Source of the DNA: Eledone cirrhosa
Taxonomy: Eukaryota
Length of the DNA: 64,000 bases
Direction of reading: 5' to 3'
Assembly (NCBI GenBank): GCA_964016885.1
Contig: OZ024740.1
Location: 225,370,001-225,434,000, forward strand
Shown here: positions 42,041 through 54,986 of the stretch, piece by piece
How positions within the stretch are numbered: position 1 is the stretch's first letter
Layout of the letters: the number at the start of each line of letters is the position of its first letter
Made by a program: the position numbers and the translations under genes
The notes under the pieces: model-generated
The model's database searches: none
What the model saw: only the letters and a program-made list of their open reading frames with translations
Told to the model about the DNA's origin: nothing

Positions 42041-45000
42041 AATTTTCCCATTCTGTAAGGGTAGGTTTTATGTTGTGACAATCTGGAGCATTCAGCTACC
42101 AGCCAATATTTCACTGCTCACCAGGTTGAAGTGGGTAAACTGTCAAAGTATCCACTGTTCTATGATAGGTTTATGGTTAAGCTTATGGCAGTGGATACTT
42201 CTGGCATTCTTCATCTCCCTCCCCTTGGACCACATACCTACTATCAGGGTGGTGTTAGCTACCCACAAGTGTTAGCCCCATGAGGAGGAATGGCTGTTCC
42301 GGCACATCTACCTTGCCATCCTGTCTGCTGGGACCACAAGGCCATGATATATATTAGTATATGATCTGAGTTTTTATTATTTTCACAAGGCATCTTGTCT
42401 AGTACTCTAATAATTCTGTTAATCCACAGCCACAGACTAATAAGAGAGTCAGCCAAAAAGTTCATAGGCTGGCTATAAAGGAGTGATTCTAGAGCTGTGA
42501 AATCTTGCATGCATTAATTTCATCTCTTTTTATTAATAACAGCCTTGTTACTTTCCAGGGTTTATGTTGAAAAGTAAACCTCACTCAGACATTCCATGAG
42601 AAAATCTTGGTAAGTATATGAACTTTTCAGCTGATCCTTGTACTTTATTCTATTAAGTCTGAAAGGGTGAAAAGCAAATTGACCTCAGTTGGATCTGAAG
42701 TCAGTATCCAGGCAGTCAGAACAAATAGACCAAGATATTGTCTGAAACGAATCTCCCAGTTTGCTGCCTATCTTACAAGCTCATGAATAAATGGATTCTA
42801 AATGATTTTATAGAATAACTTTTGTTATGTTATTAGTAGGGTAATGTTTAGACTTTAGACTTTATTTTTAGACTTTTAAAACATGTTATACCTTATACAG
42901 ACCTAAAGATATAAAGTGTAAAGCGAGAACTTTAATATTCATTTAAAAAAATATCCAATGACAAAATCAAAATTATTTACATATCATACATTGCTGCAAT
43001 ATAAAATTTCACGTTCTCAGGAGAAAAATAAACCTGTCTTTAGTTAGTAACATTTTGTAATGTGCTTAAATGTTTTTAATATCAAAATCACCATTAAATT
43101 TAAATTGTCCAATGGATTTGATGGAACTGGGTAATTCTAGGTTAGATGCATGCGGAAAGTTCAATTCAGCATATTGGTTTAGATGGATGCGGATTTTATG
43201 AGCATAATAAGCACACTAAATATGCACCGAATTAAGGACCCATATACAGTGTATTGATTCAGTATAGTATTTGTCATTAATAACAAATTTTTACTTTTAA
43301 ATTTTTGCCGAAGTTATTGGTTTATCAAAGCAGTTTAATAAGTCAATCACAATAGTCAAATTTTGAATTAAAAAGTCACCATTAATAACAAATATTATTA
43401 TCTTTGCTAGTGTTTAAGTTAAACAGCCAAAGGCAGTGGATTTACAGAATTGTTATAGTGTTGGTGGAGAATTTCTTGCAGTTTTAGCTAAATCTTTTAG
43501 TCTTCAGATCTTGCTGTGGCCTACTTGGGTGACAAACTTAATCTGTAACCTGGTTTAACATCATGTTAAACCAGGTTATATGGAAATAAGGGACCTTTAA
43601 TAAAATCCACTCTGTTGTAAGCATTTGGGCTGGGTCTCTGGTTTGAGGATATCGTCTTCCTAACTTTACTCACTCCCATCTGCCTCAGTGGCCTTGAAAA
43701 TCAGCATGGACATTGTCTTTCTCTCCCTAACTAAACAGTAATAAAAACCCCAATAGTGTACTTATCTCTTTTGGAACCCCCCCCCCCCCCCCTCTCATTA
43801 TATTACATTAAGAAGGTAGAACTTCCTTTTCAAAGCAAAAATATGTCTCAATCCAAAAGAGGAATATATACACATGCATCTGTTAGTTTTATACATACAC
43901 ATATTAATACATATGTCTCTCTTCTTGTCACACATACTGTATTTTGCTGCGTTGTCTCTATGCTAACACAAGACCAAGGCATTCCTCTACAGAGTATCTC
44001 CCCTCTACAATTTCCTTCCTGGTCACTTCCTGTAGAAATCAAATTTTCAAACTGAATATCAACTGTATCCCTTTCACCAATCAGAGCACCACACTATATG
44101 GAAGTCATGAGCACCACACCTTTCTCTAAAATAAACTATTAAAAAAAGCACCCAGGATGAATTATGTTTAGTTTTGTAGTTAATGCCATCTTTAAAGGTG
44201 TGTTATAATCAGAGTGTCAACTTGCAACCATTATCAACACTGCTAGAAGGGTTTTTGTTCCTCCAAATTTTCTATATTATCAGTTAGAAAACTCGTTTGT
44301 TATACCATATAAGATACACTTTCTACAAAGTACATGACAAACTAAGCTGGGACTTATCTACTGGACCTACAAAACCTAAATTCAAAATATATGCTACCTT
44401 GTAAAATGGTGTATGTAATATAGAGGTGCAATGTATACACAAGTATAGATAGCTCTCACCTATTTCTATTAATCTGCCTCAATTGTATTATCTAATGTCC
44501 ATTTTTCAAATAAAGGCCTTTTCTTCCCATGTTTTTATCCAGTTAACAATTCAAATTAAACTAACACAGTAATACCAGCTTTTTAATATAAATGCAAGAA
44601 TAAATTTTACATTTCAAATAAACTCATTGAACCATGACCACCTTACATGTGTGCAGTCCCCAGCCCTGAGCATCTGTATGACAATCACTGAAAAAAGATG
44701 TTGTTTGTGAATTAATCCCGAAAAAGAAAATAATGGTACAAATTTGATGAAATTCTGTGCATTTCCTTTCCTGAAGAATTCAGATTAAATCAACAGTGTA
44801 AAATGATTTGTGTATTCATGCAGAATGCTGTGTAAATAACAATAGTTAACAAAAGTGCATAGCAGAACAGAATAGCAGATTGGTGGTATATAGTAAAACA
44901 GTTACCTGGCCAGTGGGTTCATGGCTTCGATGAATTAAATAAATAAAAATTATTTGACTAAATGAGGAGATAATTGATTAATTTTGAGGAACCTATGAAA

Positions 45001-45506
45001 CCGAAAATAAAAGAACATCACACACACATATATATTATGAAATAAAAAAAATAAAGATTTATAACTGATGGAAGATATTTTGTGGTTGTTTACTACCACA
45101 CATATAGGATATGTGGTAGTAATTAGGTAAAATATAATGATAGTGAAGTAACCCAGTCCTGTGAAATGTCAATAAATAATCCAGGAAAAGTTCCAAAATT
45201 ACAATCACTCTTGGGTCCCAAATAATAGGAGGGGACTAGAATAAGCAGTCATGGTGGAAAATCGGTATTTTTTCTAGGTTGTCTCCCTTGATCTTTTTGA
45301 AACCCAGAATAAGTTATTTAGTTTACATATTGTAACCCAAACCCATCTTATTTATTTAATAATGTATGGGATTTATTGTAATGTTCTTTTTCTGTCATGT
45401 ATAATATTTTTTAATGTCTAAAGGAAATTAATTATCGCAGAAATGTTACCATTTAAAATAAAATTTTGCTGGACATCGATTAAAATAATTTAATAAGCAA
45501 GGGGAA

Positions 45507-46095
45507 TCTAAACTATAATAAAGTAAGAAGCACGGGAATGAATATTACATATCTATTAAATTCCATGGCTGTTCATTAAATATATTTTATTATTTATTTA
45601 AAGATTCACTTCTTTAAAATTTTCAAATGACAAAACTTCCGGTGGCGATCGCTTAAATAAATACTCAGATATTTCCGTCAATAATTTTCTCCTAATGCAG
45701 TTTATATATAATTGTTTCTACTTTAGGCACAAGGCCAGCAATTACCCAGTTCATTACTGGTACTTTATTTTATCGACCCCGTAAGGATGAAAGGCAAAGT
45801 CAACCTCGGCGGGATTTGAACTCAGATCGTAAAGGGACGTAACTATGCTGGAAAGCATGGCGTCCGACCCTCCACCGATACTGCCAATCCATCGTCTTTT
45901 TTTTAATGTATCATGGATTATGTTCCTGAGTACATAAGACAGTGTAACACAGTCTTCTTTCAATTTCTGTGTATATTGTCAATTACGATTTTATTTGATG
46001 TATCATATCTACATGCATATATACTTGTGTAAAATATCAATATACACACTACACATACTAGCAGAAAACCACCCGAAGGGTGTTTTTTCTGCTAG
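45507..46095 (+). mobile_element. Non-autonomous Helitron family B, copy 1
   Basis: A|TCTAAACTATAATAAAG start; hairpin and CTAG|T end; homologous to the reverse complement of 54071-54569. Confidence 0.85.
45712..45890 (-). mobile_element. SINE family A nested in Helitron B
   Basis: Absent at the homologous site of the 54-kb copy, which is an empty site (GACGATATTATATATAAAC). Confidence 0.9.
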
Positions 46096-46269
46096 TCTGC
46101 TTAATAATCGGAATGATTATTTGAGATGTGAAAGTAGATTTATAAATAATGTTTATAAATTTGTTTTTCTTTGGAATGCATGTGAAATTATTCAGGATTT
46201 GTCGATGAAATTGGGTTAAATAAGAATCTTTCAATGTCCCTAGATCTACCTCTCCAATCTCTATGCAAT

Positions 46270-46600
46270 TCCCTTGCCCACACTGTAACGTGGTCATGTT
46301 TGTGACATGACAAAAAGTGCCCAAGTAAAACTGTAAAGTGGTCATGTAGGTGCCATGACAGAAAGCACACAGCCCACACTGTAAAGTGGCCATGCTGGTC
46401 AAGTAATAAAAAGTGCCCAGTCCACACTGTAAAGTGATAATGTAGGTGTCACAACAAAAGCATCCAGGACACAGAGTAAATGTGGTTGGCATTAGGAAGG
46501 TCATCCAGCCATAGAAACCAAGCCCAAATCAGTTCTGTTTGAGCAAGACATGGCTTGTCTCACAATGGGGTAACTCATGTATCCCATGCTAGCATGGAAA
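46270..46600 (+). mobile_element. RTE 3'-UTR-derived repeat with internal ~48-bp tandem units
   Basis: Repeated CCACACTGTAAAGTGGTCATG and GTTGGCATTAGGAAGG..ATCCAGCC motif. Confidence 0.7.
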
Positions 46601-49600
46601 ATTCTAATTATTTTCTCAACCTCAGAAGGATGAAAGGAAAAAGTTGACCTCAGTGTAATTAGAACTCAAAATATAAAATGCCATAACTAAAAGCTACAAA
46701 GCAGTTTTTTTAATACTTTAATGACACTGTCAATTTACAACCCTCAAGGAATTTTAAATTAATAACTGTTTCTACTTTTGGCACAAGGCCAGCAAACAAC
46801 AATAAATAATGGTTTCTGATTTAGGCACAAGGCCAGCAATTCTGGAGGAGGGGAAGTCAATTAAACTGACTTCAGTGCAATACTGTTTCTTTATCTTATC
46901 AACTCTTTAAGGATAGATGGCAAAGCTAACCTCAGAGTGATTTGAACTCAGGTTCTAATGGAATGGAACTCTATGTCACAAAGCATATTATCAGATGCTC
47001 TACAGACACTGCCAATCCACCACCCATATAACAACAATATATAATGATTTTGAATAAACACAAATTATTGGGGCAGGGATGGTGTGATGAATTAAATTGA
47101 CCCTAGTACATGATTGAATCTTGTCTTGTCAAGACTGCATAGATAAAAGACAAAGTATATCCTGGTAGTATAATAAATAATAATAATTTCACTTAATACT
47201 CTGAACTTTCTGTCTCAGTATTCCAGTTTCAATGATGTTTGACTAAATTCCATCAGTTTAGTTTCCATCCTGGCCCACATTTCTCTTCAATTCTGTTATT
47301 TACACTACTTTCTGCATGAAGTAGCGATTAATTTGACATCATTTTATCAGCCTGAATTATTCAGGAAGGTATTGCAGTGAGTTCTGTCAAGTTCATACAT
47401 TTATTATCTTTTGTTCAAGTTCCATCAACAAATGTTTTCTTCAGTGATATTTTTTATGCTGATCTCCAATTCTGGAGACCGTACTCAAGGCAGAGGGTCA
47501 GGGTTCAAAAATTTAATTTGGAAGGGCTGGCAATGTGTCATCATAAAAAAAACTCATGTGAGGTAAAATTGAAAATTGACATATTGGTATTTGAACTCAA
47601 ACCATAAAGGGACAAATATGTAACACATTTAGGTTAATGGTCAACCATATATTTACTTTTCCTAAAACATGAATTAATTACATTGGGATGATGCCAGAAA
47701 TCTGTAGGTGAAAAGTAGAGTTAATTGAATATGTATAGTACTTATATTCTTAACTGAAGTAAAAATAACAAGACATCAAGTCAAAACCTAAACGACAAAA
47801 CTAAATAGAGTAATACATTTAGTCCCACACTTGACTTTTTATAACCCTGCCCCCTACAGTGAGCTCATAAAATATTTTCAATATTTTATCATTATTTTCA
47901 TTTTTCTTGATGATAAAAGAGAATGGTGGTAAAATATATGTTGTTTTTATATATTTTTTGTAAATGCTATACGAATCAGTATTTCTTAGTTTGAAAATTT
48001 CTAAAATGGCTCTAGATCAAATAAACACATTGTATAAATTCCACATGTCGTCTGGCATAGACTTATAACACGATGTGTGTTACTTTGATGCAAATGTAGA
48101 ATATTCTCTTACATGTCAAGGAATTTGGCAAAACTGCAGAATAGATCAAAACTATCTGAATCTTTGAAATAATTCTTCCGGCAACAGAATTTTCTGAAAG
48201 ATTAGAAATTCTGCAGTTAGCCATTTTCTTTCTTTTTTTTTTTTTACTGGGACTCGTCCAGAAACAAAGCTTTCTTGTTAAATGAAGCACACATATTGCA
48301 AATGAAGATTAGAATCAAAGGTTAGATATGATCTGAAGATAAGTTATTCTGTTGGAAATATGTTAGTTGGTCTGTGACTGACATCAAGGTTCTGAAGAAT
48401 GAAAGAACCACAAAGAACTCTTGCTGGAAGTGGTTACTCCTGTAATCAGCAGCATAGCTAAATGGGGATGAAGGGATGCTCTGCTCCAAATGGCACTTGT
48501 TGGGTGAGGTGACACTTTCAATCCAATAGATTGAGAAACCATTGGAGGTAAGGGACAAAGACAAACACATCTTTGAGCAGCACAGAATCTATCTATGGAC
48601 TGCCTCTAATGTAGGCAGTTCATAGGCAGCTTGCTGGCAGGTTGTCACAAGGTATATTCTTTCAAACTAAGGTTTCTAGCTCTAACAGGAATCTAAAATA
48701 TGTATAATAAAATGTTATTTTTATAATGCTCTTTGCTATGACTCCATAAATTCATGACAGGTTTTATTTATTTTGGGGTTAAAATGTTTTTTATGGTAAA
48801 TGCCCCCCCCCCCCTCCCGCTACCAGCAACAAACCATTAAACTATGATGTTGAAATTGTTTATTGTGTGGTACCTGCAGGGTTCTGTTACTCTTAAAACA
48901 AGTCATAACATATCTCCACAACGTTAGTTGAATGCATATAAAAGACAAAAAGGAATTGAGGAAGTTAAGATATATCATTTTATATCACAATTAATGATAA
49001 ATAGTATCATTCCCGCCGAGGTCAATTTTGCCTTTCATCCTTATGGGGTCGATAAAATAAAGTACCAGTAATGTACTGGGTAATTGCTGGCCTTGTGCCA
49101 AAAGTAAAAACAATTATTTACAGATTTTTGATAGCATCATTATCATCATTATCATTTAACATGTTTTTTCTTCTACTAGCACACACACACATATAGATAG
49201 ATAGAGAGAGAGTGAGAGAGAGTAGTAGTAGTAATAATAGGTAGGTAAAGATATCCAAGGTACAGAGCAACTGAAGTACATTGGGTGAGTCTGAATATAA
49301 TAACTAAGGCCATATATATCTTCTGCAGTTCCCTGCATATAAAATTCTTATAGGTAACAATATCCATGGAACAGACGTTTCCAGTTTTAGCAGCTTTAAC
49401 TAGTAATCTATCCATATTTCTTAGCTTATTCATTAATGATTGTTGATCGTTTTGGAATTTATTTATAACACATACAAAGAAACAGATGTCAGTGATATGC
49501 AATAACTGATGTGTGTGTTTGTGCGTGTGTGTGTGACAAGTTTTGCATCATTCCTGTCTATCAAATTTCACTCACAAAGTATTACTAAATCAAAAGCTAT

Positions 49601-51038
49601 TGTAAAGATACTGCCCAAAATGTAACACAGTGGCTGTAAGTAACAAATTATGAGGTTCTAAAGTGAACAACCTATTTGCACAGCCATGTCTGCCTCCAAT
49701 TTATGGCTGGTGATTCTGAAATGATATTTCATCTAATTATTATGTATTCTAAGTTCAAACGTAGCCTATCAAACGTGGATGAATGGCATAAACTGTGATT
49801 AACTAAAAAAAAATATTTTAAAATAACTTGTTACTTGTTGTTTTAATCATGAGTAAGGAACTGTGCTGCTAACGTTTGTAAGTCTTCTGAGATTGGTGTG
49901 ATATACACAGTTGCTGATTAACCTAAACAGCTCTAAGGTGCTTGTGGGAAAAATATGAGCAGAAATGAAATTCCAGAGGGTTGAAGTTGGGAGGGGATTG
50001 AGTGCTTATTGCAGGGCTTGGAAGGTGATACACAACATCAGCAATGACAGGACAGATGGATGAACTTTGATGAAGGTGGTATGCTACTACTTTGCTCTGA
50101 TGAGCTGAGTCACTGCAGACATTATCGTCTGGAGCATATTCTTGGTTTCATTTGTCATAAATTGACAGAGTCCAAGACCATCCTTTGGCAGTATGCTAGT
50201 CTGTTGCCAGGTTAATCCTAGCTACCACCAGTATAATTATTCAGCTGAATTGTCTGAAGCAATATGAAATGTAATATGTTACTTGAAGGTCACAATGTAC
50301 AGTTCAGTCTAGAGACCTCACCAATAACCTTACAACTGAAAGACCAAAATTGTAACCACTAGGCAGCATACCTTCACTGTAGTAGTTGTAGAAAATATAA
50401 AAGGTAGACTGAGCTAGAGCTTTTATTATGCTGGTGATTGTTTCATTACCAATCAGCTGGATAGCTTTATTTTATATTCAGTCTGTATCCCTGCACTGCA
50501 ATTTGTGGCTTTTTGCCAATATATGTCCTCTTAATTCACTTTCTATTTTCATTGGAGAATACCTGTTGATATACTGGATATTTTGCAATCTACAAATGGA
50601 ATGTGATTTTATATTTTCAGTATTCAAATAAAAACAAACGGTGATGTGTTAGACATTTTAGAACTTGTGTACATCCAGATTTCCTTATTTGTTTAAATAG
50701 CAATAAAAACATAATTCCATATTTATTTCTGATTATGCTTGAATGTGACTTCCTTTAGTTTCATCTCATTATAATATGAGTTCAACCCACACTGAAGATG
50801 ACTTTGTTTTTTATTCTTTCATGGTTGATAAAATCAATCATGTGCTGCAGTCAATTGAATTAACTCCGTTTTTATCTATCAGCTACATAAGTTTTATTGA
50901 TAAAAAAAAAAAAAAAAATTGTGAACAAATCTATTTCAAATAACAATACTACAGATATTTAAAAAAAAAGGAAAATGAAGGCAAGGACAAAGGCTCTAAA
51001 ATCACAGAAGAATCGGAGGGGGAAGAGGGTGTTGAGCT

Positions 51039-51305
51039 CTAGGCATAAGGCATGGTGGTGTTGGGGCTGGGCTCTGCAGACAAGACTGCAAAAGCATTTT
51101 CGCAGACAATGCACATTGACACCTGCTGCTCCACTCCATGGGGCTCCTTCCTCAGACAGGCTGCTGTTGTTTCAATCTTGCAGAGGAGCTCAGCAGTACA
51201 GGGTTCAAGTATGCCTGAGGTCACAACAGTGACTGATGCAAAGAGAGAGGGAGTGGCTGGACAATCCCCTATATTTTCACACAATTGTTGAGTTGCACCA
51301 GTGTT
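51039..51305 (-). mobile_element. Second, older CRE-clade endonuclease C-terminal fragment
   Basis: LFASVTVVTSGILEPCTAELLCKI...RKEP...QQVSMCIVCENAFAVLSA aligns by eye with the 9951-10205 peptide. Confidence 0.65.
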
Positions 51306-51934
51306 GGTTATTATTATTGGCATACAATTGGCTGTGTGGTTAGGAGATTTGCTTCACAAGCACTAGTCTTCTGTTCTATCCCACTGTGTAGTATATTGGG
51401 AAAATATTGTCTACTATAGATTTGACTAAATCAATGCCTTGTGAGTAATTTGGCAGACAGAAACCTGCAATACCAAGCAATCAACTGAAATAGTAGCATT
51501 TTACATGCAATTAATATAAGATATTCAGTTTTTGTATAATAAAGCTGCTGATATTACTTAAATACATGATCATAGGTTCAAACCATACTATAGCTATTGT
51601 GATGTAATTCCTGAGTAAGAAAGATGACATTGCTGGGCTCCAGTAACTGTGACTGAAAATAAATACAGTTGACTGGTTTACTGTTTGATAGTTATTCGCT
51701 GTAAAAGCATTTGCCTGAACAAATAAATCATACAGCCCATGATAACCCAAAGACATACATTTTGAATGAAATTCTTTATTTTAATTTTTTTGAGTACATA
51801 TTTTTTTTATTTTGTAGATTTTAGAATAACGAATAACACTCAGAATTTATATAATTCACTGGATTTTATTAGTTCCCATGATACACATACACACACACAC
51901 AAACATACAGTATATATGTGTGTGTGTGTGCGTG

Positions 51935-51970
<36 letters not shown>

Positions 51971-51973
<3 letters not shown>

Positions 51974-52153
51974 TGATTACACAACAGTTAGTTCACCATA
52001 CCGAGAACAATTGTTCCCCCTTAGCGGATCCGCTAAGGTGAAGCAATTGTTCTCGGTATAGTGAACTAACTGTTGTGTAACCACTTCTACCTAACTCGTC
52101 CCATGGACTGAGTGCTCTACCACTACGGATATTACCTTCCAGTGGTCCACCAC
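51971..52153. mobile_element. Unclassified element in (TA)n: 116-bp palindrome plus 67-bp tail
   Basis: 58-bp arms (5 mismatches) with no spacer, centred on GGATCC; TA repeats on both sides. Confidence 0.75.
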
Positions 52154-52284
52154 TATATATATATACAAACACACACAGACACCCGGATGTGGCGCATGCG
52201 CAAACTGAGCACGCAACCCACACACAAACAAAATGGCGTAGGATAGAAGAAAGGAAAGGCACAGAAACGAAGAAAGAAATCCCC

Positions 52285-52329
52285 AGTCACTGAAGAGGTC
52301 ACAGAGTGTGTGACGAAAGAACTATGACT
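52285..52329 (+). ncRNA. Apparently intact minimal type I hammerhead ribozyme
   Basis: Stem I AGTCA/TGACT; core CTGAAGA; extra G; stem II GTCACA/TGTGAC; GAAA; short stem III (A-U, G-C); CUA cleavage triplet ending at 52324. Confidence 0.72.
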
Positions 52330-52542
52330 ATATATATATAAACAACTATCTGGTTGTGGAACCAACCAACCAACCAGAAATTTATAAATTTGTAAATTTA
52401 TAAATATATATTAAATTAAATTGAAGTGAAAGCAACTGGTGCGTGTGTTTCTTATTGGCAACATGACCCTCCCAAAGTATAACAATATCGGTTTCAACAC
52501 ACGATTTCAGATAAAGAATCTTGCTAAACAAATTCAGAAACG

Positions 52543-52618
<76 letters not shown>

Positions 52619-52767
52619 ATATATATATACATATATCGTCTGACCCTTGCAAGCAGGGAAAATCGGATGTAAAATGATGATGAGGATGATATACATTTAT
52701 GTACATAAAGATTTTGTCTAGGTGTCATGAAAAAAAAGCATCCAACAAGCAGAGTGAGCATCGAGGA

Positions 52768-52855
<88 letters not shown>

Positions 52856-52858
<3 letters not shown>

Positions 52859-53655
52859 TCATCTTCATCATCTTCGTTTAACGTCCATGTTCCACGCTAA
52901 CAAGTTGTCCCACTTGAGGCAAGGTTGGTCGGGTGACCCTGCCTCGCTCATATAGGACTATCTGGCAGGTTTTCTACGGCTGGAGGACCTTCCTAACACC
53001 AACATAATTTACAGTGTGGAACTGGGAACTTTTACCGTGTTACCTACATGGCCACATTACAGCATGTCACTGTCGTGACACCTACATGACCTTGATCTCG
53101 ATCTCATTATCTCATTTATTTGGACTGAATGTTGTGGTACCAAATTTACAGAGAGAGGGTGGTGTTGGTGTAGGGGTAGTGGATTGGGGTGTATATTTGG
53201 TTAAGAGGTGCCTACTGACTGTAGGTTTCGCTTTGTACATATGCAAGGCCGGTCTTCTATATTACTGCGTAGCGCCAAAGATCTCGGTCCAGTGACATTG
53301 TCTTAAAGAAGTGCAAGTGTGTAAGGTCGGAATTTATCAAAGGTTTTTCTGGGTCTACCTACTCCGTAACTTTCATCAATTTTGATTGCCCTGCACTTTT
53401 TTATACAGCTGTCGTCTTTCATGCACATCACGTGACATACCAACGTAGCCTTCTCGCAAGTAAACAGCATCTGATCCCTCTTATTCCTAATTTCTCACTT
53501 AATATACACATACATATCATCATCATCATTTTCCGTCCGCTTTTCCCTGCTTGCAAGGGTGGGACGGGTCCTATTCAGCACAGCATCTCGCCACTTGTCA
53601 CGGGCCTACTTCATCTCCTCTGTGAGTTTCAGCAATCTGAGGTCTGCTTTCACCA
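52856..53655 (-). mobile_element. Two adjacent RTE 3' fragments
   Basis: 52856-53505 parallels 11620-12110; 53517-53655 parallels 12298-12445. Confidence 0.8.
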
Positions 53656-54070
53656 CATATATATGTGTGTTCATGTGTGCGTGCGCACGCGTGTGTGTGT
53701 GTGTAAATTCAGCATAAGTTCTGCAGGAAAACCAGAATAAGACAGAAAGTGTTTGTTCTACCTTGTATAGTTGTGAAGAAGGTAATCAATAAAGATTAAA
53801 AGAAGAAGCATAAGAGGCTCTGAAGCTCTGAGGCTCTGAAGAGTTTGCATGGAATTATTGAAAAGATGCAGTCCCAAATGTATTGAACATAATGTTATGA
53901 TTGGAATATTTTAAAACTGACACTGTACAATGAGAATCCACCATAATGTAAGTAATTTCTGAAGGAATATGTTATAGTTTTCTCAATTTAATAATTTATT
54001 ATCAATTTCATTATGATTATCATTATTGTTTTTATTGTCATTATCAATATCATCAATATTATTGTTATTA

Positions 54071-54569
54071 CTAGCAGAAAAACCACCCTTCGTGTGGTTT
54101 TCTGCTAGCATGTGTAGTGTGTATATTGATATTATACACAAATATATATGCATGTAGATATGATACATCAAATAAAATCGTAATTGACAATATACACAGA
54201 AATTGAAAGAAGTCTATTTTGCTCGGTCTTCTGTAATCAGTAAAGTAATCCATGATACATTTAAAAAAAGACGATATTATATATAAACTGCATTAGGAGA
54301 AAATTAGCGATGGAAATATATGCAATATTTTTATAAGTGTCATAATATAACGGCCGCTAACCGGAAGTGTTGACATTTGAAAATTTTAAAGAAGTGAATC
54401 TTTAAATAAGCTGTAAAATATATTTAATCAACAGCCACAAAATTTAGCACATAAATTATGTAATATTCATTCAATATTTATTCAAAGTAATCCAAGTTAT
54501 TTTACAAATGGGATAAAAAAAGTATATTCTGAACAAAGTCCTGCACGTCTTGCTTTATTATAGTTAAGA
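54071..54569 (-). mobile_element. Non-autonomous Helitron family B, copy 2
   Basis: Minus strand A|TCTTAACTATAATAAAG ... hairpin CTAG|T. Confidence 0.85.
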
Positions 54570-54582
54570 TTATTATCATTAT

Positions 54583-54775
54583 CGCCGTGAATTGGCAGTA
54601 TCGGTAGAGGGTCGGACGCCATGCTTTGGCGCATAGAGTTACGGCCCTTGCCATTCTGAGTTCAAATCCTGCCGAGGTTTACTTTGCCTTTCATCCTTAC
54701 GGGGTCGATAAAATAAAGTACCAGTAATGCACTGGGTAATTGCTGGCCTTGTGCCTAAAATAGAAACAATTATTA
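54583..54775 (+). mobile_element. SINE family A
   Basis: Full head, B-box, central box and tail. Truncated copies at 49011-49117 and 55125-55270. Confidence 0.88.
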
Positions 54776-54837
54776 TGTTTATATAAGTTGAATGTTTATA
54801 TAAGTGTTATGATATAGCATATGCTATATCATAACCG

Positions 54838-54986
54838 TTTATGTTTAATCAACAGCTACGAAATTTAGTACATAAATTATGTAATATTCATTCATTATTT
54901 ATTCAAAGTAATCCAACTTATTTTACTAATGGGATAAGAAAATATATTCAGGACAGTCCTGCACTTCTCCCTTTATTGTATTATGA
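54838..54986 (-). mobile_element. Helitron family B, 5' fragment (copy 3)
   Basis: Direct repeat of ~54420-54569 ending at the 5'-TC terminus. Confidence 0.7.

Larger units (their letters stand above)
45208..46134. mobile_element. Second copy of the 1580-1919 MITE, interrupted by a Helitron
   Basis: Left TIR CTCTTGGGTCCCAAATAAT, body colinear with copy 1 to ~45500, degenerate right TIR ATTATTTGAGATGTGAAAG-TA after the Helitron. Confidence 0.7.

Noticed and set aside
50097-50125. CTGATGAG motif
   Set aside because: No paired stem II or downstream GAAA; likely chance.
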